Shown here piece after piece: positions 37,158-46,279 of a stretch of DNA of 64,000 bases (position 1 is its first letter; every line of letters starts with the position of its first letter). The notes under the pieces were generated by a model. The model searched no databases, was not told the DNA's origin, and saw only the letters and a program-made list of their open reading frames with translations. Source of the stretch: an uncultured Maribacter sp. (GTDB taxonomy: Bacteria; Bacteroidota; Bacteroidia; Flavobacteriales; Flavobacteriaceae); assembly GCF_947495965.1 (NCBI RefSeq), contig NZ_CANMBB010000001.1:521728-585727 (forward strand), read 5' to 3'. A program made the position numbers and the translations under genes.

Positions 37158-37808
37158 TTATTCCTCTATTGCTATTACTCTTGCAGGAGCACCATCTCCA
37201 CCTTCTACCTTTATAGGAAGTGCAACCAATGTAAATTTTGACGAAGAAAGAGCTTCTAAATTAGTAAGCCCTTCAATAATTATAATATCATTCTTCATTA
37301 AAATATTATGTATTTCGGTTACTTCCTCAATGTTATTAACATCTGCAACAGATGGTGGCTCTACACCTATAATATTTACTTTTTTTTCTCCAAGCCATAA
37401 AGCCAATTCTTTACTTATTCTAGGCAATGCATTACGATACTCTTGTGATTCTATTTTTTTACTCCACCCTGTTTGTAATAAAATACTATCTCCAGGGCTA
37501 ATTTTATCTGCAATAGTCTCCAGATGTTTTATAGTAATTAATTCTTTGGGTTTTATTGCTGTTACGTTTACCTTCCAAGCACTAGAAATAAGCCTGTTAA
37601 CAGGTATAGTATCTATAGTCTGGGTATTTACACCAAAATGAATGGGGGCATCCATATGTGTACCACTATGAGAGTATAAATTTAGAGTTGTTGCGTTCCA
37701 ACCATCTTTAGAAATTGTACGAGCAGGTTCTATAGAAACCCCACTCATAGAATTTTTTATGGGTAGGGTTATATCTATAATTTTCTTGTCGTTCATTCTC
37801 TTACGCAA
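37158..37808 (-). CDS. Cyclase-family (kynurenine-formamidase-like) metal-dependent hydrolase
   Basis: 216 aa (alternative start at 37796). Contains the signature HSGTHMDAPIHF; also GVEPPSVAD and EIHNIL. Confidence 0.7.
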   Translation of the reverse strand: MRKRMNDKKIIDITLPIKNSMSGVSIEPARTISKDGWNATTLNLYSHSGTHMDAPIHFGVNTQTIDTIPVNRLISSAWKVNVTAIKPKELITIKHLETIADKISPGDSILLQTGWSKKIESQEYRNALPRISKELALWLGEKKVNIIGVEPPSVADVNNIEEVTEIHNILMKNDIIIIEGLTNLEALSSSKFTLVALPIKVEGGDGAPARVIAIEE

Positions 37809-38880
37809 CTACTAATTCTGTAGTCTCTATATAATTTACAACACTATTTGCTACATCAGAGGTAGATGCACTTCCTTTAAGGTCTTTGGTTAAATTTCCT
37901 TTAGAAGTAGTGTACGCAATCCCTTTCATAATATCTTTAGCAGCTTCTATTTCTCCTAAATGCTCCAACATTATAGCTGCAGACCAAATTTGACCTATTG
38001 GATTTGCTATATTTTGCCCAGCAATATCTGGAGCAGAACCATGTATAGGCTCAAACATAGATGGAAAATCCTTTTCAGGATTAATATTTCCACTTCCTCC
38101 AAGACCAAGACTACCCATAATAGCTCCTCCTAAATCGGATAATATGTCTCCAAAAAGATTTGTAGTTAAGATTACATCAAAAACTTCTGGTCTAAGCACA
38201 AAACTTGCAGATGCATTATCTATATACATTGTATTGTATTCTACATCTGTGTACTGTTCTGCAACCTCTGCAATAACCCTATCCCAATACGCAAGACTAT
38301 GTATTAAGGTATTAGATTTTGTTACATTAGTTACTTTACTTCTTCTTTTTCTTGCTAATTTAAAAGAGTAGTGCGCAATACGTTCTATTCCAAATCTAGT
38401 AAACACACTAGTATCTGTAGCAACTCCACCAGCTTCTTCTGCATGCATTATTTGTCCATTTTGAACAAATTCTCCTTCATTGTTTTCACGAACCACAACA
38501 AAATCTATATCCTCTTGTGTTTTATCTCTTAACGGACTATCTATTCCTGGAAATAATTTTACAGGTCTATAGTTTACATACTGCTTAAGCTTTCCCCTTA
38601 CTTTAAAAGTATAATCTCTAGCAGGCAAAGTATCATCTACTTCGGGTAAACCAACAGCTCCAAAATAAATTGCATCAAATTTTTTCATTTGTTCTATACC
38701 ATCTTCTGGCATAAATTCTCCATATTTTAAATAATGTCCTGCTCCCCAAGACAATTCATTTAAATCTAAACTAAAACCATGCTTTTTTGCAACAGCTTTT
38801 AATACAGAAACACCTGCTGGTACAATTTCTGCTCCAATTCCGTCTCCGTTTACAACGGCTATTTTATACGCTTTTCCCAT
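37801..38880 (-). CDS. Tartrate dehydrogenase/decarboxylase-like member of the isocitrate/isopropylmalate dehydrogenase family
   Basis: Start taken at MGKAYKIAVVNGDGIG (38880); the ORF track uses a TTG at 38904. Colinear with remembered Pseudomonas TDH: FDAIYFGAVG, VVVRENNEGE, VTKSN, NLFGDILSD, FPSMFEPIHGSAPDIAGQNIANP, MLEHLGE. Confidence 0.8.
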   Translation of the reverse strand: MGKAYKIAVVNGDGIGAEIVPAGVSVLKAVAKKHGFSLDLNELSWGAGHYLKYGEFMPEDGIEQMKKFDAIYFGAVGLPEVDDTLPARDYTFKVRGKLKQYVNYRPVKLFPGIDSPLRDKTQEDIDFVVVRENNEGEFVQNGQIMHAEEAGGVATDTSVFTRFGIERIAHYSFKLARKRRSKVTNVTKSNTLIHSLAYWDRVIAEVAEQYTDVEYNTMYIDNASASFVLRPEVFDVILTTNLFGDILSDLGGAIMGSLGLGGSGNINPEKDFPSMFEPIHGSAPDIAGQNIANPIGQIWSAAIMLEHLGEIEAAKDIMKGIAYTTSKGNLTKDLKGSASTSDVANSVVNYIETTELVVA

Positions 38881-38894
38881 TTTAAGTGAATTAT

Positions 38895-38914
38895 TTTTGC
38901 GCAATTTTGCGCAA
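38895..38914. promoter_or_regulatory. Perfect tandem direct repeat 2 x TTTTGCGCAA, each containing the palindrome TTGCGCAA; candidate operator
   Basis: 38895-38904 is identical to 38905-38914. It lies 15 nt upstream of the minus-strand start codon at 38880. Confidence 0.45.
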
Positions 38915-38955
38915 CTACAAAATGTTTATTTAATAATTTAAATGCTAATTAAATT

Positions 38956-38963
38956 CAAAATTA
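38956..38963 (-). promoter_or_regulatory. Candidate -7 box (TAATTTTG on the minus strand) for the divergent five-gene operon
   Basis: The plus strand reads CAAAATTA; its reverse complement TAATTTTG matches TAnnTTTG. Confidence 0.35.
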
Positions 38964-38975
38964 TATAATTTTAAC

Positions 38976-38983
38976 TACATTTG
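38976..38983 (+). promoter_or_regulatory. Candidate -7 box (TACATTTG) for the LacI-family gene
   Basis: Matches TAnnTTTG, 49 nt upstream of the ATG at 39032. Confidence 0.35.
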
Positions 38984-39001
38984 ATTGAATATATACTATT
39001 A

Positions 39002-39023
39002 TTTGTGCAAAAAATTGCACAAA
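39002..39023. promoter_or_regulatory. 22-bp palindrome TTTGTGCAA-AAAA-TTGCACAAA; candidate LacI-family operator (autoregulation)
   Basis: Perfect 9-bp arms that share the TTG(C/T)GCAA core with the tandem repeat at 38895-38914. It ends 8 nt before the LacI start codon. Confidence 0.5.
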
Positions 39024-39031
39024 ATGTAATT

Positions 39032-40072
39032 ATGACAAAAAATATAAGAGATAAAGAAACTCCTACTTTAAAGGATATTGCAGAAACGCTAAATATTTCT
39101 ATATCTACTGCTTCTAGAGCTTTAAAAAACAACCCTAGGATTAGTAGAAAAACACAAGAAATGGTAAAAAATACCGCGAAAAGAATGGGGTATTTGTCTA
39201 TAGATATGCTTAGTGAAGAAAAAAAGAAAGCAACTAACCTTATTGGAGTAATAGTTCCTAAAATTAGTTATCACTTATACGCCATGGCAATAAGTGGTAT
39301 AGAGCATATTGCAGAAAAAAACGGCATGCACATTATAGTATGCCAATCTAATGAATCTTATGAAAGAGAAAAAAGCTTAGTAAAAGAGCTTATACAAGCT
39401 GGGGTAAATGGCATAATAGCTTCTTTGGCTAGTGAAACTAAAGATTTTTCACATTTTCTAGAGTTAAAAAAAATAGGCATTCCATTAGTTTTTTTTAATA
39501 GAGAGTGTAATGATGTAATTACGCATAAGGTAACCATAGACAATAAAAGAGCTGCTTATGAAGCTGTTATGCATTTAATTTCTGTTGGATGCAAAAAAAT
39601 AGCATATATAGGAGGGCCAGAGGTGCTACAAATAAATAAAGAACGGGCTCAGGGTTTTAAAGATGCTTTAGCAGATAATAATATATTATTAGATGACAAT
39701 CATATAATTTATAGCAGGTTTGATAGAGAAAGTACATTAACTGCTGCAAGGTCTTTATTGTACTCTCCTGATTACCCAGACGGAATTTTAACCTTTAGCG
39801 ATCAAATAGCAATTAGTGTAATGTTAGCTGCAAAAGAAAGAGGAATTGCTATACCTGAAAAATTATCTCTAATTGGTTTTAACAACGAGCCAATAGATGA
39901 GCTTTTAGAACCCTCTTTAACCAGTATAGATCAACCTGGTTATAGAATGGGAGAAGAATCTGCTCAACTTCTTTTAAAACAGCTTACTAACTTTAATAAT
40001 ATATACGAAAAAAGAATCCTAAAATCATTTTTAGTAGTACGTAATTCTACAAATAAAAATAGAAAATCGTAA
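39032..40072 (+). CDS. LacI-family transcriptional regulator
   Basis: Start taken at MTKNIRDKETPTLKDIAETLNISISTASRALKN (HTH_LacI); the ORF-track TTG start at 38981 is rejected. The C-terminal periplasmic-binding-protein-like fold contains IGFNN. Confidence 0.85.
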   Translation: MTKNIRDKETPTLKDIAETLNISISTASRALKNNPRISRKTQEMVKNTAKRMGYLSIDMLSEEKKKATNLIGVIVPKISYHLYAMAISGIEHIAEKNGMHIIVCQSNESYEREKSLVKELIQAGVNGIIASLASETKDFSHFLELKKIGIPLVFFNRECNDVITHKVTIDNKRAAYEAVMHLISVGCKKIAYIGGPEVLQINKERAQGFKDALADNNILLDDNHIIYSRFDRESTLTAARSLLYSPDYPDGILTFSDQIAISVMLAAKERGIAIPEKLSLIGFNNEPIDELLEPSLTSIDQPGYRMGEESAQLLLKQLTNFNNIYEKRILKSFLVVRNSTNKNRKS

Positions 40073-40125
40073 CCTCTAACCCTTAAACCAAAAATATAAT
40101 TAACACTTACAATTAAACTTCACTA

Positions 40126-43035
40126 ATGAAACATTTAAATTATAAACTAAAAATAGCATTTACTCTAGCTATATTTTTATTTGGAATTAATGCAAACGCA
40201 CAAAATCAAAAAATTTCGGAAGAAAAAAATGGTATTTTACTAATTGAAGCCGAAAACTTTAAAAATCAAACTAAAACAGAGGTTCGTAAATGGCATATTA
40301 TTACAGACCAAAATAATCTAGAAACCAAAACAGCAAGCAATAACAGTTATATTAAATTATTACCAGATACTAGAACCAACCACCAAGACAAACTTATTCC
40401 TAATGTTAATTTTAGTAATGAGCCTGGAAAAATGGCAATTCTACATTACAAAGTAAAAATTAATACTCCAGGGCGTTATTACGTATGGGCAAGTGCTTAT
40501 AGCTCTAATTCTGAAGATAACGGTATACATGTTGGCTTAAATGGAGAATGGCCAGAAAGCGGACAAAGAATGCAATGGTGCGATGGCAAAAACTCATGGT
40601 TTTGGTCAAGTAAACAAAGAACTTTAGAAGTACACTGTGGTGTTCCTGGTTTAATTTATTTAGATATTGACAAAGCAGGAGAATATGACATTCAATTTAG
40701 TATGCGAGAAGATGGTTTTACAATGGACCAGTGGTTAATGACTACAGACAAACATTTTTCTTTTGACAAACTTACAAAAGACAAAAAAACCATCTCTTTA
40801 ATGGATGCTGTTAAGCAAAAATACCCTGATTATGTTACTATAAAAGCTACCGATTTTGAAATTCAAAACAATACTTTTTATGTAGATAAAAATTGGCTAG
40901 CAATTAATCCAGATAAAAATGAAACCGCTAAAGCAACTTATAAATATACAGGTGCTTCTGGTTTGTTTGATATAGTCGTGCATGGCGTTGGAGAAAACGA
41001 CGGAAGATCTTCATTTACACTAACTGTAAATAAATTTCCGCAAGGAACATTTAGACCAGAATTAAGCACAGATGCTTTTGAAGAAGGGCCAGACTATGGC
41101 AAAACATTTTTAGATGTACAATTAAACACAAACGACATTATTACCATTGATGGAAAAATTGGAAGCAGAGATCAAAAAGAATTTAGTAGAGGCCGTTGGA
41201 GCGGAATAAACATCACCCCTATTGGAAAAGGAGATAAATTGCTCAAAAGTTTAAATGATGGAAATGAAAATACCACTGTTAAAATAGATGGAGAATTAAA
41301 AAAGTGGCATAAGGTTACACTTACTTTTGATGGGCCACTTACCTCCGAAACAAAAAAGAATAACCCTTTTATGAATTTTCGTTTTAATACTACGTTTACA
41401 CATACAAAAACTGGTAAAAAATATTTAATTCCAGGTTATTTTGCTGCAGATGGCTATGCAGGAGAATCTTCTGCTACAGATGGGAACAAATGGCGTGTGC
41501 ATTTTGCTCCCGATGAAATAGGAGAATGGACATATTCTGTTGATTTTAGAAAAGGTAATTGGGTTGCCGTTAGCGATAAAATAAACTCTGGTTTAAGTGC
41601 TGGTTATATGGATGGAGCTACGGGTAAATTCACTATTGAAAACACCGATAAAAAAGGAAAAGATTTTAGAGCAAAAGGTAGACTCCAATATGTTGGCGAA
41701 CGCTATTTAAAATTTGCAGAAACAGGAGAATACTTTTTAAAACAAGGGCCAGATGCTCCAGAAAACTTTTTATCTTATATAGATTTTGATGGTACTTTTC
41801 ATAATGATGGCCATAAAGACAATTTAGTAAAGACTTGGGAAGCACATGAAAAAGATTGGAAAGAAGGAGATTTAACATGGAAAAATGGAAAAGGAAAAGC
41901 AATTGTAGGAGCTCTAAATTATTTAGCCTCTAAAGATTTAAATTCTGTTTCCTTTTTAACTAATAATATTGCTGGTGATGATCAAAATGTATTCCCATAT
42001 ATAGATTACGATACCTATGACCGTATTGATGTTTCTAAAATGGACCAATGGGAGTCTCTTTTTGCATATGCTCAAAAATTAGGCTTATTTCTTCATTTTA
42101 AAACTTTAGAAGTAGAAAACCAAGGCTTACTAGATAATGGTGGCGTAGGCGCTAACAGTAAACTATATTATAGAGAATTAATGGCTAGGTTTGGCCACCA
42201 CTTAGCTTTGAACTGGAATTTATGTGAAGAAAATGGAGAATGGATAAAAGACCACCCAACACCACCGCAAAGTACAGAAGAAAGATTAGCTATGACACAT
42301 TATTTTAAAAACCACGATCCTTACCATCACCATTTAGTAATTCATAATGGCATAAAGTATGATGATTTATTAGGTCCTGATAGTGGATTAACTGGCCCTT
42401 CTATACAAACCCACAAAGCAGATTTTAGCACCATTCATAAAGAGGTATTACACTTATTAAAAATATCGAAAGAAGCAGGTTTTCAATGGGCAGCTGCAGT
42501 AGACGAACCTGGTGATGCGCAACATTCTTTATTACCAGATGATGAAAACCCAGATCATGACAATGCTAGAAGAAATGCGTTATGGGGTACTTTTATGGCC
42601 GGTGGCTGGGGTAACGAATGGTACTTTGGTTACAAACATCCAAACTCTGATATTACATGCCAAGACTACCGTTCTCGAGATTTATTTTGGGATCAGGCTG
42701 TACACGCTATTAATTTCTTTAAGAATAATACCGTTCCTTTCTGGGAAATGCAAAATAACAATAGCTTAGTAGGTAATCCGGAGAATAAAAATACGGTATA
42801 CTGCCTTGCTAAAGAAAATGAAACTTATGTTGTATACTTAAACTCTAAGCCAACCTCTTCTTTAGATTTAACAAACGCTACTGGCGAATATAAAGTTCTT
42901 TGGTATAACCCAAAACAAGGTGGTACTTTAAAAAAATCTAAAGTAAAAAAAGTTAAAGGAGGAGCCGTAGTAGAATTAGGAAAATCTCCTGACAAAAAAC
43001 AATTAGATTGGGTTATTCTTGTTACAAAAGAATAA
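40126..43035 (+). CDS. Secreted multidomain putative glycoside hydrolase: two N-terminal CBM-like domains, DUF5060-like Ig domain and a clan GH-A-like (beta/alpha)8 domain
   Basis: 969 aa with a signal peptide. LLIEAENF...MDQWLMT is a CBM-like module. GELKKWHKVTLTFDGP...WRVHFAPDEIGEWTYSV is DUF5060-like. LALNWNLCEENGEW resembles the NE(P) acid/base strand of clan GH-A. Confidence 0.55.
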   Translation: MKHLNYKLKIAFTLAIFLFGINANAQNQKISEEKNGILLIEAENFKNQTKTEVRKWHIITDQNNLETKTASNNSYIKLLPDTRTNHQDKLIPNVNFSNEPGKMAILHYKVKINTPGRYYVWASAYSSNSEDNGIHVGLNGEWPESGQRMQWCDGKNSWFWSSKQRTLEVHCGVPGLIYLDIDKAGEYDIQFSMREDGFTMDQWLMTTDKHFSFDKLTKDKKTISLMDAVKQKYPDYVTIKATDFEIQNNTFYVDKNWLAINPDKNETAKATYKYTGASGLFDIVVHGVGENDGRSSFTLTVNKFPQGTFRPELSTDAFEEGPDYGKTFLDVQLNTNDIITIDGKIGSRDQKEFSRGRWSGINITPIGKGDKLLKSLNDGNENTTVKIDGELKKWHKVTLTFDGPLTSETKKNNPFMNFRFNTTFTHTKTGKKYLIPGYFAADGYAGESSATDGNKWRVHFAPDEIGEWTYSVDFRKGNWVAVSDKINSGLSAGYMDGATGKFTIENTDKKGKDFRAKGRLQYVGERYLKFAETGEYFLKQGPDAPENFLSYIDFDGTFHNDGHKDNLVKTWEAHEKDWKEGDLTWKNGKGKAIVGALNYLASKDLNSVSFLTNNIAGDDQNVFPYIDYDTYDRIDVSKMDQWESLFAYAQKLGLFLHFKTLEVENQGLLDNGGVGANSKLYYRELMARFGHHLALNWNLCEENGEWIKDHPTPPQSTEERLAMTHYFKNHDPYHHHLVIHNGIKYDDLLGPDSGLTGPSIQTHKADFSTIHKEVLHLLKISKEAGFQWAAAVDEPGDAQHSLLPDDENPDHDNARRNALWGTFMAGGWGNEWYFGYKHPNSDITCQDYRSRDLFWDQAVHAINFFKNNTVPFWEMQNNNSLVGNPENKNTVYCLAKENETYVVYLNSKPTSSLDLTNATGEYKVLWYNPKQGGTLKKSKVKKVKGGAVVELGKSPDKKQLDWVILVTKE

Positions 43036-43083
43036 AAAAACTAAAGGCAGGCATAAAAACCTACCTTCTAGTGTGTGTTAATT

Positions 43084-43118
43084 AAAGAAGCGAGGAAATA
43101 TTTCCTCGCTTCTTTTTT
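43084..43118. terminator. Bidirectional terminator: perfect 32-bp palindrome plus T-run
   Basis: AAAGAAGCGAGGAAAT/ATTTCCTCGCTTCTTT (43084-43115), with the T-run continuing to 43118. Lies between convergent genes. Confidence 0.85.
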
Positions 43119-43136
43119 ATACCTGCAAAAACTCTT

Positions 43137-44705
43137 TTAATATTTAATTATGTTTGAATGGCGTTTTTCTTGATACCAAGGGTCGTTCGTTTTTTCTAGT
43201 AACTCTGCTAAATGTCCTAATAGTAAATTAGCAACCTTAGGATTCTCATTAAGTGCAATTTTTTTCTTTTGATAAGGATCATTCATATTATCATAAAAAT
43301 AAGCTTGATCTACTGCTTTAGCATCAAACTCATCCCATTGTTTCTTATTTTCTTTAACACATAGTGTATACCTATCTGTGTGCACTCCTCTTGAATTTCC
43401 TAACATTATTAAAACTGCTTCAGGTTTTTCAATTTCTGAATTTTCTGGTGCTACTAACACTGATGAAAAATTAATTCCTTCTACTGATTTTGGAATTTTA
43501 TTACCCAAACCCGTTAATCCCATAGTTGTTGGTAATACATCTGGCACACTAAATAATATATCAGAAATACCAGGTTTTAACCCTTTTGGCCAATGTACTA
43601 TAAACGGTATTGCTAACGACTCTAGTTCAAAAGCATTTTTTCCAGTTTTGGAATGACTTCCCAACATTTCTCCATGATCAGAACTAAATAAAACTATGGT
43701 ATTATCTAAGGCACCCATACGCTCCAGCTCATCAATAACAAAACCTATATATTTATCTGCACTAGTAACATTTGCGTAATAATGACGTGCATAATCTGCT
43801 ACTTTATAATCCACATTTTCTCTTACTACTAAATTTTCATCAATATCTGAAAACTCATCAACATCATAATGCTTATGCAATTGTTCCATATCTGTATTTT
43901 CATCATCCCATGGGTTATGTGGCGGATTCATAGACCATATCATACAAAATGGTTTATCTGCATCACGTTGCTGCCTTTCATTTTTTAAATAAGAAATAAT
44001 TTTCTCTGCTTCATTTTTAGCCGAAAAAGTCTTAGGCAAATGTAATTCTCCATCCTTTTTACCTTCTATTGTAGTAGAATCATTAGAATATATATGAGGA
44101 TTATAATGAGAGTCTTTCAAAGATTGGTAAAAATATTCTATACTATGTCGTTTTTTACCTGGGGGAATATAAGTGTCATAGGTATTAACATAATGTCCAC
44201 CAGGAGCATCCGTTGTTCCTACATAATTACCATTTTCATCAAACAAAGGCTCTGTTTTTAACCAATGGCATTTTCCAAAATACGAGGTATTGTAACCTGC
44301 TTTATAAAACAAATCTGGAATGGTCTCAATATCATCCCTTAAACTATGCTCTCTTCCTTTTTTACAATTATTCCAAATACCATTTTGTTCTGGATAAAGT
44401 CCAGAAAGCATCATACCTCTATAAGGGCTACATAATGGAAAATTGCTAATAGCGTTTGTAAAAACCACCCCATTTTTTGCAAGCTTATCTATAGTTGGGG
44501 TTACCACTGGATCTGCTTTTCCTTGTGCTAATTCTTTATATGGAGATTCATTCCAAAAACCAGCACTATAACGTCTTAATTGATCGGGAAAAATAATTAA
44601 AACATTGGGTTTTTTAACTTCTTCTTTTTTTGATATCTCCTTTTTAGCTTTATCCCCACAACTAACAAAGGCAATAAATAATGAGAGTGTTATAAAATAC
44701 TTCAT
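43137..44705 (-). CDS. S1-family sulfatase with atypical active-site motif (CSPYR), lipoprotein
   Basis: Start taken at MKYFITLSLFIAFVSCG (44705), which removes the overlap with the upstream gene. Motifs NVLIIFPDQ, CSPYRGMMLSG, GKCHW, SSDHGE. Confidence 0.8.
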   Translation of the reverse strand: MKYFITLSLFIAFVSCGDKAKKEISKKEEVKKPNVLIIFPDQLRRYSAGFWNESPYKELAQGKADPVVTPTIDKLAKNGVVFTNAISNFPLCSPYRGMMLSGLYPEQNGIWNNCKKGREHSLRDDIETIPDLFYKAGYNTSYFGKCHWLKTEPLFDENGNYVGTTDAPGGHYVNTYDTYIPPGKKRHSIEYFYQSLKDSHYNPHIYSNDSTTIEGKKDGELHLPKTFSAKNEAEKIISYLKNERQQRDADKPFCMIWSMNPPHNPWDDENTDMEQLHKHYDVDEFSDIDENLVVRENVDYKVADYARHYYANVTSADKYIGFVIDELERMGALDNTIVLFSSDHGEMLGSHSKTGKNAFELESLAIPFIVHWPKGLKPGISDILFSVPDVLPTTMGLTGLGNKIPKSVEGINFSSVLVAPENSEIEKPEAVLIMLGNSRGVHTDRYTLCVKENKKQWDEFDAKAVDQAYFYDNMNDPYQKKKIALNENPKVANLLLGHLAELLEKTNDPWYQEKRHSNIIKY

Positions 44706-44707
44706 GC

Positions 44708-46279
44708 TTACTTTTTTTCTTTTAATATCCATTTTGGTAAATACCCTAGTCTTAATTTTAGCTGTTCTTCAAATAAAGACTCTGGCTTTATTGGCGTTCC
44801 TAAACTTTCTAATATTTGTACCTCATCCTCTTTAAAAGTTGTTCCCGAACCATGAAAACCAACTATTATTGGTGGTACTATTCGCCAATACCAACTATCC
44901 TTAGCAATAAACCTAAAATTAGTTTCGGCCGCATCTATCTCTTTAAAATTCCACAATACTAAGTAACGACCATGGTTAGGTAAGTTCTTTATTGCTCCTC
45001 CTCCTCTGCCAGCAAAAAAACCTCCTTCTACATTATCAAAAAGTGTACTTCTTGGTTGCGAGGCATGGCTTTCAAAACTTGTGTGTGCAGGATATTTTGA
45101 ACGCCAAATAACAGTTGCGGTAGTACTACCTCCTGCAACACCAACTGCATGATGCATTCCTGCTAAATCATTAATCTTAGCCAACAACACCCCTGTACAA
45201 CCACCTCCTGCATGCAAAGAACTATGCCCTATTTTCCCTGTAATTGTAATATTTAAAGCTGTACTGGCAGCTGCGCCAGAAAAACTCATTGGTACATTTA
45301 CATTTTTAAAGGTGCAATCTTTTATCCAAGAATCTACCACATTACTCATACTTAGAATTTTCCAACCCCCATCATCTTGGGCTGATCTATGATGCACAAA
45401 TTCTTTAGTCCAGTTTCCCTCAAATGTAATATTCTCGAAACCTACATGATTTAAGTGTGGATAACTCTTTATTTTCCAACCATGTTCTGCATTTACATCA
45501 TAATGTATTGGAGAAACAAATGTTATTATATTACCTGTAATTTTAGAAACTTTATGACGCTCATTTACCTGTACACCATCATTAATAATTGTTGTCCACT
45601 TTGGCTCCACTTTTAAAGGTTGTACATCATATTTTATTAGGCTTTTATCATTATTTACAACTTCTAATATAACCCAATCTCCCTCCTTAATTTTATCTAC
45701 ATTATCTACCACAACAGAATGTGTTTCTCTTCTAGAGTTTTTAACAACATTTGCCAATACTTCTGGCTTTTTATCCACAGATACCTTAACAGCAGCAGGA
45801 ACCGTCCATAATTGTTCTGGATTAGCAGGAGACAAATCTTTATCAAAAAACAAAATAGTGTTTTCCTCACTTTCCCCTCTAAAAACAATATGAGAAGATT
45901 TTATTTTTATAATACTTTCTGTATCATTCCCAGTATTTATCATGTATTTGCCATCTGGAAAGTATATAATACCTTTTCCTTTTTTTGATGCCGCTTTTAT
46001 TGCCTTATTTAAAGCATCCTTATCCGATTTATTATCATTTGAAACTGCCCCAAAATTAGCAACATTAAATACGGGATAGTCTACATTTGGAATTGCCTCT
46101 TCGGAATATTTATAACCTGCATAAGAAAAATTAGGAAGAATAGCTTCTGTTCCATTTTTTGATGCGGTTACATAATTATCCCAAACAGACTCTTTTTGTG
46201 CTTTGCAACCTATTGCAAAAAACAAAGTCATTAAAAAAACAAGATTATTACTCTTCATTAGACTCTGTTTTATATTCAT
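44708..46279 (-). CDS. Right-handed beta-helix protein (pectate-lyase-superfamily N-domain + DUF4955-like C-domain); candidate polysaccharide lyase, possibly PL29-like
   Basis: Lipobox (FFAIGC). NFGAVSNDNKSDKDALNKAIKAASKKGKGIIYFPDGKYMI is the typical Pectate_lyase_3 opening. The start is 46279 or 46258, and either overlaps the GH88 3' end. Confidence 0.55.
   Translation of the reverse strand: MNIKQSLMKSNNLVFLMTLFFAIGCKAQKESVWDNYVTASKNGTEAILPNFSYAGYKYSEEAIPNVDYPVFNVANFGAVSNDNKSDKDALNKAIKAASKKGKGIIYFPDGKYMINTGNDTESIIKIKSSHIVFRGESEENTILFFDKDLSPANPEQLWTVPAAVKVSVDKKPEVLANVVKNSRRETHSVVVDNVDKIKEGDWVILEVVNNDKSLIKYDVQPLKVEPKWTTIINDGVQVNERHKVSKITGNIITFVSPIHYDVNAEHGWKIKSYPHLNHVGFENITFEGNWTKEFVHHRSAQDDGGWKILSMSNVVDSWIKDCTFKNVNVPMSFSGAAASTALNITITGKIGHSSLHAGGGCTGVLLAKINDLAGMHHAVGVAGGSTTATVIWRSKYPAHTSFESHASQPRSTLFDNVEGGFFAGRGGGAIKNLPNHGRYLVLWNFKEIDAAETNFRFIAKDSWYWRIVPPIIVGFHGSGTTFKEDEVQILESLGTPIKPESLFEEQLKLRLGYLPKWILKEKK

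Noticed and set aside
38981-39031. N-terminal ORF-track extensions that use TTG or early Met codons: the LacI gene at 38981, the TDH-like gene at 38904, sigma at 56188, a sulfatase at 58554, the CBM9-like gene at 57029, an FG-GAP gene at 15033 and a sulfatase at 44732.
   Set aside because: The extensions add junk residues ahead of clear signal peptides or HTH motifs, or they create overlaps with neighbouring genes. The internal Met starts give canonical N-termini.
46248-46279. Overlap of the GH88 3' end with the beta-helix gene 5' end as evidence of a frameshifted fusion or pseudogene.
   Set aside because: Both reading frames are complete, and each has its own lipoprotein signal. An 11-32-nt overlap is ordinary operon packing.
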